64,000 bases of DNA from a virus (IMGVR_UViG_3300028048_000113:24561-88560); one strand, 5' to 3'; counted from the stretch's first letter, positions 1-9,284 are shown. A program made the numbers and translations. Notes: a model not told the origin generated them from the letters alone.

Positions 1-1
1 G

Positions 2-391
2 GCCTATAATATTAACAATAATGCATATCAATATTGTGAAGCACCTCTTCAGTTAGTTAACTTAGTTGACTTCTTAAGAAAAAGAGGTGTAAAAGTCTAT
101 GGATTGACTGAATGCACTAATTCATTTGAGTATAATTCAAAATATAATAGACTTAAGGAATGTTATCCAGGAAGTTTTGAACATCATGGTGATTTAATTT
201 CAGTTCATACTAGACATAACAAGATAGCTGTAATGAAAATCTTGGCTCAGAGAGATGGTTATGATCTTGATGAAATTTTATTCATTGATGATAGTTATCC
301 TGAAGTAATGGAAGCTTATGAAGCAGGAATGCTTTCTATGCATACAATGGAAGCAATGATTAGATTTGAAAATATGGAAGATTATTTATAA
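2..391 (+). CDS. HAD-superfamily hydrolase-like protein, 5' truncated by window edge
   Basis: Frame is open from base 2 (AYNINNNAYQYCEAPLQLVNLVDFLRKRGVKVYGLT...). C-terminal LFIDD resembles HAD motif IV; motif I lies outside the window. Confidence 0.5.
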   Translation, partial: AYNINNNAYQYCEAPLQLVNLVDFLRKRGVKVYGLTECTNSFEYNSKYNRLKECYPGSFEHHGDLISVHTRHNKIAVMKILAQRDGYDLDEILFIDDSYPEVMEAYEAGMLSMHTMEAMIRFENMEDYL

Positions 392-403
392 AGAGGAATA
401 AAT

Positions 404-613
404 ATGGCTTATTGGATTAGAAGAACCAAAATAGAAAAGAATCAAAGATTTGAAACTCACTATTGTTCAGAATGTGGTTTTGAAGGATCTTATGATTATG
501 AAACAGGAATTGGAGTAGAGGATTTTTCTTTTTGTCCTAACTGTGGTGAAGCCATTGAAGGTCATAAAGCAAATAGTCTTCCTACTATCTATACAGAAAT
601 GGAGCTTAGATAA
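404..613 (+). CDS. Small zinc-ribbon protein
   Basis: CSECG...CPNCG pairs; RBS GAGGA upstream. Confidence 0.6.
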   Translation: MAYWIRRTKIEKNQRFETHYCSECGFEGSYDYETGIGVEDFSFCPNCGEAIEGHKANSLPTIYTEMELR

Positions 614-1218
614 TGGATTATGATATTATTAAAGGCATTGAAGATTTAGCAAAAGCCGAACAGGCTGTTAAAGATTATCAGAAAGCTGTCAATGAGTATT
701 TTAAACTTACATTAAAAGAACTTATTTCATTTTTAGAAGCAAAAAAGCATCAAGATAATTTTGCTTTTGTTTATTATAATAAAATCTTCAGACTTAAAAA
801 GTCTGTATGGTCTAGAAATCCTATAGGAGATGACTTAAAGTATAAATACTTAGATACTATGGAAATTTCAGACATAAAATTTTATAAGAAATCTGTTAGC
901 TTAGAAATAAAATATGAGGCTAAAGTTAATGATAAGGAAATAACACAAACAGGTTATATCTTTCTTCCTTATGATCATATTGATGATTTTTCTCTTATAA
1001 GATTTTGTAATGTATATGAAGCTGAAAAAGCATATCAGGTTGGTCTTAAAAGAAAAATTAATAAAGAAAATGAAGAAAAAGAAAAACAGGCTATTATAGA
1101 CAAATATAAGAAAACTGTAAAAGAATATGAAGCAATGAAGAGAAATCTTGATTATTTAGAAAAGTTAGCTAAAGAAATGGGTTATAATCCTGAAGAGGAA
1201 AAGGAGGCTGAAAAATGA
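613..1218 (+). CDS. Hypothetical protein (coiled-coil ends)
   Basis: 201-aa ORF translationally coupled to both neighbours. Confidence 0.6.
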   Translation: MDYDIIKGIEDLAKAEQAVKDYQKAVNEYFKLTLKELISFLEAKKHQDNFAFVYYNKIFRLKKSVWSRNPIGDDLKYKYLDTMEISDIKFYKKSVSLEIKYEAKVNDKEITQTGYIFLPYDHIDDFSLIRFCNVYEAEKAYQVGLKRKINKENEEKEKQAIIDKYKKTVKEYEAMKRNLDYLEKLAKEMGYNPEEEKEAEK

Positions 1219-1754
1219 AGATTCTTGTATGTGTAACAGGTGGTATTGCTGCATATAAGGTTCCTGATCTTGTAAATGAATATTATAAGAGAGGAGACAC
1301 TGTTAAAGTAATGATGACAGATAATGCTTGTAAGTTTGTCACACCTCTTACTTTTCAGACTATGTCAAAGCAGTCAGTTATTACTGATACTTTTAATGAA
1401 GAAGATTCTGAAAAGATCAATCATATTTATTATGCACAGGAATATGATGCTATTATTGTAGCTCCTGCAACAGCAAATACAGTTGCAAAGATTGCACATG
1501 GAATTGCTGATAATGTAGTTACCTCAACCATTATTGCAGCAAATATTCCTGTTTTTGTTGTACCTTCTATGAATTCAGTAATGTATAATGATGAAGCATT
1601 TCAGGCAAATCTTGATATTCTTAAGAATAGATCTAAGTTTAAGATTATCTATCCTGATGAAGGACTTCTTGCTTGTGGTGTTACTGGTCCTGGTAAGTTT
1701 CCTCAGATTGATAGAATTATGGAAGAAGTAGATGCTTCTATGGAGGGATTGTAA
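1215..1754 (+). CDS. coaC: Phosphopantothenoylcysteine decarboxylase (HFCD flavoprotein, CoaC)
   Basis: VTGGIAAYK, APATANTVAKIAHGIADN, PSMNSVMY and GLLACG motifs typical of the CoaC/Dfp N-terminal domain. Confidence 0.9.
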   Translation: MKILVCVTGGIAAYKVPDLVNEYYKRGDTVKVMMTDNACKFVTPLTFQTMSKQSVITDTFNEEDSEKINHIYYAQEYDAIIVAPATANTVAKIAHGIADNVVTSTIIAANIPVFVVPSMNSVMYNDEAFQANLDILKNRSKFKIIYPDEGLLACGVTGPGKFPQIDRIMEEVDASMEGL

Positions 1755-1755
1755 T

Positions 1756-2145
1756 ATGGATGATGGTTGCTCTGTTCCTGTAATGATTATAGTAATTATT
1801 GCTGCCCTTATATTTTTAGTTATGTGTTCAAGCAATACTAATGCAAAAGCTGATTATGTAAGTGACTATAATAATGGTATTTGTCAGGACTGTGGAGGTA
1901 CTTTAATTTATCAGCAAGCAATTGGACATAAAGACTCTACAGCTTATATATTTCAGTGTGATAAATGTAATATAATAGAAATTGATTCATCTGATGTAAA
2001 GGATAAGGTTATCTATTTTACTAATGGAGAAACTAGACCTGCTACTACATATGCAACTGAAGAAGAATTTTCTGATGAATATAAGCAAAAGCATCAAGAT
2101 AATAATTATGATGTTTGCAATGGTTCATTTGATTATGAGGGTTAA
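1756..2145 (+). CDS. Membrane-anchored zinc-ribbon protein (paralog of 27243..27539)
   Basis: N-terminal hydrophobic helix, then CQDCG...CDKC. Start moved to ATG 1756 behind RBS GGAGGG. Confidence 0.55.
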   Translation: MDDGCSVPVMIIVIIAALIFLVMCSSNTNAKADYVSDYNNGICQDCGGTLIYQQAIGHKDSTAYIFQCDKCNIIEIDSSDVKDKVIYFTNGETRPATTYATEEEFSDEYKQKHQDNNYDVCNGSFDYEG

Positions 2146-2148
2146 AAT

Positions 2149-3222
2149 ATGAATATTTTATTTGTAGCTGGAACATGGAATAAGGAAGGTGGAAAACCTT
2201 CAGGACTTATTGAAAAAATGTATAATAGTCTTTTGTCTAAAATGAAGACAGAGGACCATATTGATTATTTTAATGGTGGTAATTATGATAATTTAGAGTC
2301 AATTATCAATACTGCTACTAATTATGATGTAATTTTTTGGATGGCCAATGTTCCTAATGATCTTCCTAAAGTTAGAGATGTAAAGAAAGCCAATCCTTAT
2401 GCTATTCTTATTGGCTCAAAAAGAAACATTGATAATGAATATTCTTTTGTTGATGTACTCAACAGAACACTTTTGCAGAGACATAATCTTAGTATCATGT
2501 TTTCTAAATCAAATTCTGAAAAGGAATATACAATGACTCTGTTTGATCCTCTTGGAACTGCTTGGTATGAGGGTAAGAGTACAGATGAATTAATGACTGC
2601 TCTTGTCAAAAGAGTAAGATTCTTGCTCACTACAACAAGAAAAAGAACATATCAGGTACCTGGAGATGTACTTATTCCTAACAATGAAGAGTTTATTAAA
2701 TATGTTAGAGAAGTTGCTGAAATCTTTCATGAAACAATTCAACACTCAGATGGTGTTACAAGATTTTTAGGTAATTCTTCATTTAGAGGTGAAGGTAATA
2801 TTATTTATGTATCTGAAAGAGATGTAGATAAGTCAACAATTGACATTGACCATTTTGTTGCTGCATTTACTGAGGATAATACAACATATTATTATGGAGA
2901 TAAGAAGCCTTCAAAGGACACAATTGTTCAGACATATCTTTATAAAGCATTTCCTAATATCAACTATATTGTACATTCTCATTGTTATACAGAAGGTGGA
3001 GCTTGGACAATGACACCTGTTCCTTGTGGCTCACTTGATGAGTTGACTGAGATTACTTATGCAATGAAAGACTATAATGATGATTATAGTGGTACATATT
3101 ATAAGTTTAATCTTAAGGGTCATGGATGCTTGATTCTTGGTTCTACTCTTGAGGAAATGAAGCAAACTAAATATATTACTAGAGAATTGCCTGAAAGAAT
3201 TTATTTACAAGAAAATATCTAA
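2149..3222 (+). CDS. Fusion: CoaB-like N-terminal domain plus class II aldolase/adducin domain
   Basis: C-half has GNSSFR, KPSKD, IVHSH and KGHG (Zn-binding His set of class II aldolases). N-half aligns by eye with the CoaB at 5184. Confidence 0.7.
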   Translation: MNILFVAGTWNKEGGKPSGLIEKMYNSLLSKMKTEDHIDYFNGGNYDNLESIINTATNYDVIFWMANVPNDLPKVRDVKKANPYAILIGSKRNIDNEYSFVDVLNRTLLQRHNLSIMFSKSNSEKEYTMTLFDPLGTAWYEGKSTDELMTALVKRVRFLLTTTRKRTYQVPGDVLIPNNEEFIKYVREVAEIFHETIQHSDGVTRFLGNSSFRGEGNIIYVSERDVDKSTIDIDHFVAAFTEDNTTYYYGDKKPSKDTIVQTYLYKAFPNINYIVHSHCYTEGGAWTMTPVPCGSLDELTEITYAMKDYNDDYSGTYYKFNLKGHGCLILGSTLEEMKQTKYITRELPERIYLQENI

Positions 3223-3256
3223 TAGTGTATAATAGTAATATAGAGGTATAGCAAAC

Positions 3257-3712
3257 ATGATTGATGGAGAAATTAAAAGAGCTTTTGATTATCTGATGGA
3301 TTCAGCTTGTGCTACATGCAAGTATATTCCTAAGAGTGAAGAATGCAAGAAAGTAAAAAGTAGTTGTGGTAATTATAATGCCTTGGCTGCAATTGCAAAA
3401 GCTGTATCTGAAAGAGATGGCTATAAGGAAAAAGCAGAAATACTTGAAAAAGATCTTGATACCCTTATGGCCTCAGAAAATTTCTTTAACCATCTTGAAA
3501 ATGTTGACACTGAACTCTATTGGAGAAAATACAAATCAGAGTGGCCTAAGAAGAATGGTGAAAAAGTATTTGTAGTTTCTAAAAATGGCACAATAGGTGA
3601 TGGTATTTATTGTGACAAAACAGTTACTAGATATATTAAGACTATGATTTGTGATGAAGATGACATTGAGGCATGGATGCCAATGCCTAAATATAAACAG
3701 GAGAATAACTAA
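3257..3712 (+). CDS. Hypothetical phage protein with DUF551-like C-terminus
   Basis: Ends ...AWMPMPKY, resembling the phage DUF551 WMPLP motif. Confidence 0.45.
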   Translation: MIDGEIKRAFDYLMDSACATCKYIPKSEECKKVKSSCGNYNALAAIAKAVSERDGYKEKAEILEKDLDTLMASENFFNHLENVDTELYWRKYKSEWPKKNGEKVFVVSKNGTIGDGIYCDKTVTRYIKTMICDEDDIEAWMPMPKYKQENN

Positions 3713-3714
3713 AC

Positions 3715-4149
3715 ATGAAGTATGAATTTGAAGTTGATGGTAAGAAGTTTAATGTAATTTTTGACATTGATGAACTTCTTAAGGATTTTAGTAAGAGTGA
3801 CTTTATCACTTTTTATGAGCCTGAGTCATTTGTTAAGTATGGAAATATTCCTGAATATGGTGATCCATATATGACAGAAACAGAATATCTGATTGCAATC
3901 AATGATTATGTTGAGAGTATTAAGGCTCTTGATAATAAAGATAAGCTCAAGTCAATGGTTGAAAAGTGGCCTAAGAAGAAGAATGGTTATCTTAATGGTA
4001 GAAATGTTGACTATCTCTGTGAATCAGATGTATGTGAATATATTTGTGAATGGCACAATACCTGGATTTATGATACAGTAAAGGCTGTTGCAAGGGATGA
4101 AAAGACCATTGAGATTATTAGCTATAAGAAGACAGACACACCTGGTTAA
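3715..4149 (+). CDS. Hypothetical protein
   Basis: 144-aa ORF with RBS GGAGA. Confidence 0.6.
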   Translation: MKYEFEVDGKKFNVIFDIDELLKDFSKSDFITFYEPESFVKYGNIPEYGDPYMTETEYLIAINDYVESIKALDNKDKLKSMVEKWPKKKNGYLNGRNVDYLCESDVCEYICEWHNTWIYDTVKAVARDEKTIEIISYKKTDTPG

Positions 4150-4160
4150 GGAGAAATGGT

Positions 4161-4580
4161 ATGGGAGTATCAGTATATGCTAATCATTCAACTTTAAGTT
4201 TTGATATGGGTGGTGGAGGCTTTTTCAATATTAGAAAAAATATTGCTTATGCCCTCAATGAAGACTTAGGTGAAGTTTATGAATCTCTTCTTAGATGTCA
4301 TTATAAGGCAGATTTTGAAGAGCATGATAGAAAAGCAAATAAGATTATAGCTGATAATAATCTTGAGGAGTATGCAGATGTCTTAGATTTTCTTTATGCA
4401 TCTGATATTGAAGGTAAGATTTCTCATAAGACTTGTAAAAGAATTTATGATCTTATTAAAGATATAGATTTTGGAGATAAGTGTTTTAGATATGCTGCTC
4501 AAGCTCATAATGACTATGAGGAATTTAAGCAGTTCTTACTAGAATGTTATTCACATCATAGAAAAATGAGGTGGTCATAA
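4161..4580 (+). CDS. Hypothetical protein
   Basis: 139-aa ORF with RBS AAGGAG. Confidence 0.6.
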   Translation: MGVSVYANHSTLSFDMGGGGFFNIRKNIAYALNEDLGEVYESLLRCHYKADFEEHDRKANKIIADNNLEEYADVLDFLYASDIEGKISHKTCKRIYDLIKDIDFGDKCFRYAAQAHNDYEEFKQFLLECYSHHRKMRWS

Positions 4581-4948
4581 TGGATATGTATAATCAGTTA
4601 AAAAAGACTGAAAAGGTACTTAGAGATTATGATAATCTACGTTTTAAAGTAGATTTGATTATTCATAAGTATTTTGATAAGGACTTTAAAATAGATAGAA
4701 TTTATTATGATGAAGGTTTTGGAACAATAGAGGTTCTTGGCTTTAATGATTATAAGCCAACTTATACTTTTCCTGCTGAGTGTTTATTTTTACCAAATGA
4801 TGAGGTAGAAGAGGTAATACTAAAACATAAGAAAAAGGTAGAAGAATTTGATAAGCTTTTAAATGAAGCAGCTGATCTTATAGCAAAAACAGAAAAGCTA
4901 TTAAAAGAAATGGATAATGAAGATGGAGAAGATGAGGTAATAAAATGA
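4580..4948 (+). CDS. Hypothetical protein
   Basis: TAATG overlap with the previous stop suggests a start at 4580. Confidence 0.55.
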   Translation: MDMYNQLKKTEKVLRDYDNLRFKVDLIIHKYFDKDFKIDRIYYDEGFGTIEVLGFNDYKPTYTFPAECLFLPNDEVEEVILKHKKKVEEFDKLLNEAADLIAKTEKLLKEMDNEDGEDEVIK

Positions 4949-5172
4949 CAGTTCAGGAATTAATTGATGAATTAGAAAAGATACCTAATAAACAACTCAA
5001 AGTAAAACTTGAGAATGGTATGTTGACTAAGATTGAACTTAAAGATATTAAGACTATGGATTCTTATGAAAAGATGGTAGTTTTATCTGATAGTAAAAAT
5101 CCTAATGACTGGGCTGAACATATTAAGAATGGTACATTTACTAAAGATTTCTTTGGTGGATTAAATTTATAA
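4945..5172 (+). CDS. Hypothetical phage protein
   Basis: MTVQELIDELEKIP N-terminus is common in small phage proteins; ATGA overlap. Confidence 0.55.
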   Translation: MTVQELIDELEKIPNKQLKVKLENGMLTKIELKDIKTMDSYEKMVVLSDSKNPNDWAEHIKNGTFTKDFFGGLNL

Positions 5173-5183
5173 GGGGAAATAAA

Positions 5184-5930
5184 ATGAATATTGTAATTAC
5201 AGCTGGTGGAACAACAGAACATATTGATGCAGTTAGAGGTATTACTAATACAGGTACAGGAACCCTTGCTTCAATTATTGCTTCTGGTCTTCAGGAACAG
5301 GCTGAAGTAGAAAATATTTTTTACATTCATACTGCAAAGGCAAAGAAACCTGCTTCAGATGAAAAGATTATCTATATTGAGGCAGATGATACTAATTCAG
5401 TTGCAACTGCAGTTGAAAAGGTACTTAAGGAAAATAAGATTGATTGGTTCATTCATGCAATGGCCATTTCTGATTACTATGTAGATTATGTAACTACAGC
5501 TCAAAAGATTACTGATTCTATTTCTCAGTTTGAGAATACTGGAATTACTAATATTATTCTTGAAGGAAAGAATAGATTGGATAATTCTAGAAAGCTTTCT
5601 TCTGATGAGGATAATCTTGTTGTAGTACTTAAGAAGACACCTAAGATTATTGGCATGATTAAGAGACTTTCTCCTAATACAAAACTTATTGGTTTTAAGC
5701 TTCTCAATAATGTAACTGATGAAGAGCTTAGAAATGTAGCATATAAGCTTCTTCTTAAGAATAACTGTGATTATGTTGTAGCCAATGACTCTTCTAAGAT
5801 TACAGCTGACAAGCATGAGGCTATTTTTGTTAATAAGTCTGGTGATATTATTGGTAAGGTTTATGATAATAATCAGATTGCTGGAAGTATTGCCAATATT
5901 GTTATCTGGAATGAAAGAAAGACATATTAA
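5184..5930 (+). CDS. coaB: Phosphopantothenate--cysteine ligase (monofunctional CoaB)
   Basis: ITAGGTTEHIDAVRGITNTGTG, HAMAISDY, KTPKII, LIGFKLL and YVVAND motifs. Confidence 0.9.
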   Translation: MNIVITAGGTTEHIDAVRGITNTGTGTLASIIASGLQEQAEVENIFYIHTAKAKKPASDEKIIYIEADDTNSVATAVEKVLKENKIDWFIHAMAISDYYVDYVTTAQKITDSISQFENTGITNIILEGKNRLDNSRKLSSDEDNLVVVLKKTPKIIGMIKRLSPNTKLIGFKLLNNVTDEELRNVAYKLLLKNNCDYVVANDSSKITADKHEAIFVNKSGDIIGKVYDNNQIAGSIANIVIWNERKTY

Positions 5931-5971
5931 CATTAAATAACAAAAGTTTTTCTTAATTAACTAAAAATCAG

Positions 5972-6001
5972 TTTACACACATATATTTAATATGATAAAA
6001 T
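5972..6001 (+). promoter_or_regulatory. Class A promoter TTTACA-N18-TAAAAT with extended -10 TG
   Basis: Direct motif match in an intergenic gap. Confidence 0.6.
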
Positions 6002-6035
6002 AACTTTAATCAAATAATAAAGGAGTCTACACCTG

Positions 6036-6095
6036 ATGTATAATAATAGAATTCCACTTGATTGTCCAGCAGATGAAGATCCATTTGATTATTAA
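6036..6095 (+). CDS. Candidate 19-aa small protein MYNNRIPLDCPADEDPFDY
   Basis: First ATG after the 5972 promoter, AAGGAG 10 nt upstream; below the ORF-track cutoff. Confidence 0.4.
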   Translation: MYNNRIPLDCPADEDPFDY

Positions 6096-6120
6096 GAAAG
6101 AAAGACTGAGGAAATTTTAA

Positions 6121-6366
6121 ATGTTGTATGGTGTTGAAAAGCTTAATTTGATCTATGATGACAATGAGGAGTATACAGTAGCTGGTGAAGTAGTTTGTAT
6201 AGCAGATCTTGAACCTGATAATAGTTATGATATATTCAGAATTATTAGTAGACTTACTAATGAACCACTTATTATCTTTAGCCCCTTGCTTGCAAAGACT
6301 GTCACAAAGGTCAAGAATAATCAAAAATATGTTACTCAATATAGGTTGACACCAATGACATGTTAA
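6121..6366 (+). CDS. Hypothetical protein
   Basis: 81-aa ORF with RBS GAGG. Confidence 0.55.
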   Translation: MLYGVEKLNLIYDDNEEYTVAGEVVCIADLEPDNSYDIFRIISRLTNEPLIIFSPLLAKTVTKVKNNQKYVTQYRLTPMTC

Positions 6367-6421
6367 TGAAATAACCTAAAAATTGTAGTTATACATATAT
6401 AACTTTTAATTATACTATTAT

Positions 6422-6453
6422 AAAGGAGAGATGAAAAAAGTCTCTCCTTTTTT
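6422..6453 (+). terminator. Intrinsic terminator
   Basis: AAAGGAGAG/CTCTCCTTT stem followed by a T-run. Confidence 0.65.
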
Positions 6454-6519
6454 ATTATTTAGTTTACTTAAAAAGTATAATAAATATAATAAATATAAGA
6501 AAAATGAAAGGAGCAGATC

Positions 6520-6699
6520 ATGATAAAATCATTTAAGTGTGATAGATGCGGAAAAGAATACAGCCCTTATGATAAAAGTGCTGCTAGTTCATCATTTGAT
6601 CTATTAGAACTTAGTTGTATTTTTGAAACAGGAAAAGCCACTCAGGATCTCTGTTATGATTGTTACAGAGAATTACAGGAGTGGTTTAATAATGATTGA
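6520..6699 (+). CDS. 59-aa zinc-finger-like protein (not in ORF track)
   Basis: MIKSFKCDRCGK...DLCYDCYRELQEWFNND; RBS AAAGGAG; downstream of promoter 6463-6490. Confidence 0.65.
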   Translation: MIKSFKCDRCGKEYSPYDKSAASSSFDLLELSCIFETGKATQDLCYDCYRELQEWFNND

Positions 6700-6713
6700 G
6701 ATAAGGAGTTATA

Positions 6714-7217
6714 ATGATTAGTATAGACGATTCATTAAAAGACGTAAATGATATTTACAAGCAGTTAATGCCTTTAGTAGATGATGTAGTGTCAAAGAAT
6801 ACTAAAGAAGTCGACGCTATTTTCAAAAATATCAAAAAAGATCTTACTAATCTTACTAATAAGGAGTTGCAAGATTACATGTTGCAACTAACGGTCGAAG
6901 CATATTATCTGACCAGTATTAAAGATTCAAGTACACTTAAGCAAGAGTGTGCTTTAACTTTGTTAAAAACAGGTCAAGCGAATATATTTAATGGAACAGC
7001 CGGAACGCAGAACGCTAGAAACAATCAGGCAATAGTAGACACGTTAGATAAGCAAGTTGTTAATGTATTATACAATGCAATAACAAATAGATTTAAGTCA
7101 AAACTGGATGAAATTCATAGAATGATAAATGTACTCAGTAATGTCCTCATTAGTAAGAATGCGGAAGCAAAATTACGAGGGGGAATTAAAGATGATACAC
7201 ACAGTGACGACATTTGA
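6714..7217 (+). CDS. Helical hypothetical protein, possibly a UvsY-like recombination mediator
   Basis: All-helical 167-aa protein two genes upstream of recA. The UvsY idea rests on context and size only. Confidence 0.3.
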   Translation: MISIDDSLKDVNDIYKQLMPLVDDVVSKNTKEVDAIFKNIKKDLTNLTNKELQDYMLQLTVEAYYLTSIKDSSTLKQECALTLLKTGQANIFNGTAGTQNARNNQAIVDTLDKQVVNVLYNAITNRFKSKLDEIHRMINVLSNVLISKNAEAKLRGGIKDDTHSDDI

Positions 7218-7515
7218 GAAGATTACAAAGATCGAACGAGATAGTAAAGGCATTTATATTCTACCTTTTCCAGAATTTGGAAAAATACATTGTGCGGGAT
7301 ATTATACATCGGTAGAAGACGCAATCAATTTTATGAATGCCAATTCAGAAATATTACATGATACAACCAATGATTATTGTATTATAGAAGAATATGATGA
7401 AGGCCTCTTTTCAACCACAAAGAACCGTTATCTTTATAAATGGAATAATGATCGGTTTGAACAGATTGATGAACCCATTTCATTAAATAAAGTTACAAAT
7501 TTTGCAATGGGTTAA
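7192..7515 (+). CDS. Hypothetical protein
   Basis: Start moved to ATG 7192 behind RBS GAGGGG. Confidence 0.55.
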   Translation: MIHTVTTFEKITKIERDSKGIYILPFPEFGKIHCAGYYTSVEDAINFMNANSEILHDTTNDYCIIEEYDEGLFSTTKNRYLYKWNNDRFEQIDEPISLNKVTNFAMG

Positions 7516-7597
7516 GTGAAAGGCTATTTAATTATATATGTAATGTTTAGTGTTTTTTATTATGTTTATTAAATTAGAAAGGAATATATTTTAAATT

Positions 7598-8818
7598 ATG
7601 AGTAGTGTACTAGACATTGCCAAGTCAATCAATAAGGCTTGGAAATCAGATGTTTTAACATCTGCAGACCTCATTCCTGAGTGTCAAAGATTTTCAATGG
7701 GAACCCTTTCAGCAGATTATGCTTTGTACGGTGGTCTCCCTGAAGGTAAGTTAATTGTTTATGCTGGTGAATCCGGATCCTGTAAGTCACTTTTGGCTAC
7801 ATTGGCTATGGCACAGTATCAGAAGGAACATCCAGACAGAACTTGTATCTACGTTGATGCAGAGGAAACACTTAGAGGTCAGCTTGATTGGTTTGTAAAG
7901 ATGACCGGTCTCAATACCTCACCTGAGCAATTTGTAAGATATGACTGTGCTGGTAAGTCAGCGGAGGAAATCTTCAAGGATCTTATTGCAATTCAGGAAG
8001 CAGACAATATTGGTATGATTATTATTGACTCAGCACCAATGCTTCTTTCTCAGGCGGATATTGATAATGATATTGACAAGGATAATGGTCAGAGAGCTTC
8101 AATTGCTAAGTCAATGGGTAAGTTCCTTAAGTTCATGATCCCTGCAATTGCAAAGAAGGGAAATCCTCTTCTTGTTATTAACCATACCAGAGTTGCTGGT
8201 AAGACATTTACAGGTGCTACAATTTATACTGAGCCTTGTGGATATGCTCTTAACTACTACCCTACAATCAAGGTAAGATTTGGTAGTAGAAAGTTCACCA
8301 AGGGTGATAAGATTGATGTATCTGCTTCTCAGACAGATGCTGATACAGATGGACTTTGTGCAACATTCTCAGTTACAAAGAACAGACTTGGACCTCTTAA
8401 TAGAAATGGTGCAAAGATTATTTTTAGATATGATACAGGTCTTGATACTTTAACTGACCTTATTGAAATTATCACAAAGTATGAGATTGCAAAGAGACTT
8501 TCTACAGTTTCTTGGCAGTTAGTAATTCCTGGAACTGATACACCTTATACAGATGAGACAGGTGCTCCTCTTACTTTTGCTGGTAAGGCTAAGATGATTG
8601 ACTATATTAAGGAAAATCCAGAGTTTAGAGCAGAGTATGAAAAGGCAGTTTCAGACTTTATTAACAAGGCTGGAAAAGACATTTCTCTTATTGATGAAGA
8701 TGACCTTGCTGAAATCATGGCAGCTGAAAAGGGTGTCGAGGAAACTATCAAGAAGGGTATTGAAGAGGAGCAGGAATCTGCTTCAAAGGAAAAGTCAGAT
8801 AAGGCTGATGAAGAGTAA
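7598..8818 (+). CDS. recA: RecA/UvsX-like recombinase
   Basis: DYALYGGLPEGK, Walker A-like GESGSCKS, YVDAE, IIIDS, LVINH, VTKNR; acidic tail. Confidence 0.88.
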   Translation: MSSVLDIAKSINKAWKSDVLTSADLIPECQRFSMGTLSADYALYGGLPEGKLIVYAGESGSCKSLLATLAMAQYQKEHPDRTCIYVDAEETLRGQLDWFVKMTGLNTSPEQFVRYDCAGKSAEEIFKDLIAIQEADNIGMIIIDSAPMLLSQADIDNDIDKDNGQRASIAKSMGKFLKFMIPAIAKKGNPLLVINHTRVAGKTFTGATIYTEPCGYALNYYPTIKVRFGSRKFTKGDKIDVSASQTDADTDGLCATFSVTKNRLGPLNRNGAKIIFRYDTGLDTLTDLIEIITKYEIAKRLSTVSWQLVIPGTDTPYTDETGAPLTFAGKAKMIDYIKENPEFRAEYEKAVSDFINKAGKDISLIDEDDLAEIMAAEKGVEETIKKGIEEEQESASKEKSDKADEE

Positions 8819-8825
8819 TTAAATG

Positions 8826-8857
8826 TGGGCTAGGTGTAATAGCCTAGCCCATTTATT
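8826..8857 (+). terminator. Terminator-like hairpin after recA
   Basis: TGGGCTAGG/CCTAGCCCA stem followed by TTTATT. Confidence 0.6.
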
Positions 8858-8864
8858 AAAACTT

Positions 8865-9284
8865 ATGAGACTAAAAAGAGACAGTTTAAACACAGAAAAT
8901 TCAATGAGAATGCATCGAGATGATGGCACAAAGAAACCAACTCGATACTATTCTGACAAACAAGAAAAGTCAATTGCAAAAGCAATTGGTGCCAAGCAAA
9001 CCAAAAATTCTGGAGCAACTGCATATCAAAAAGGTGATGTTCTAGATGATAATTGGTTGATAGAGGCAAAGACTTGTACTAAAGATCAAAAATCTTTTAG
9101 TATGCAAGAAGAGTGGTTCGATAAAAATAGGTCTGAATCTATTTTTATGAAGAAAGACTACACTGCAGTAGTATTTAACTTTGGACCGGGAAAAAGGAAT
9201 TATTATTGTGTAGATGAAAGCACTTTCTTAGAAATGAAAGAGGCTTTGGAGGAAAAGAGACGAAATGACATGCAAGATATGTAA
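8865..9284 (+). CDS. Holliday junction resolvase-like PD-(D/E)XK nuclease (start uncertain)
   Basis: NSGAT...KGDV...WLIEAKT catalytic pattern; follows recA. Confidence 0.6.
   Translation: MRLKRDSLNTENSMRMHRDDGTKKPTRYYSDKQEKSIAKAIGAKQTKNSGATAYQKGDVLDDNWLIEAKTCTKDQKSFSMQEEWFDKNRSESIFMKKDYTAVVFNFGPGKRNYYCVDESTFLEMKEALEEKRRNDMQDM

Noticed and set aside
3540-3980. 16-bp direct repeat AGTGGCCTAAGAAGAA (3540, 3965) in adjacent genes
   Set aside because: There are only two copies, both encoding WPKK in coding frames, with no mobile-element context; probably coincidence or an old micro-duplication.
6431-6523. 30-aa ORF MKKVSPFLLFSLLKK... as a type I toxin with sequestered SD
   Set aside because: The SD-ATG spacing is only about 2 nt and the ORF runs through a terminator and promoter; better explained as a terminator hairpin.
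8823-8864. Track start of the resolvase-like ORF at 8823
   Set aside because: It runs through the recA terminator hairpin; a downstream ATG (8865 or 8904) is more plausible.
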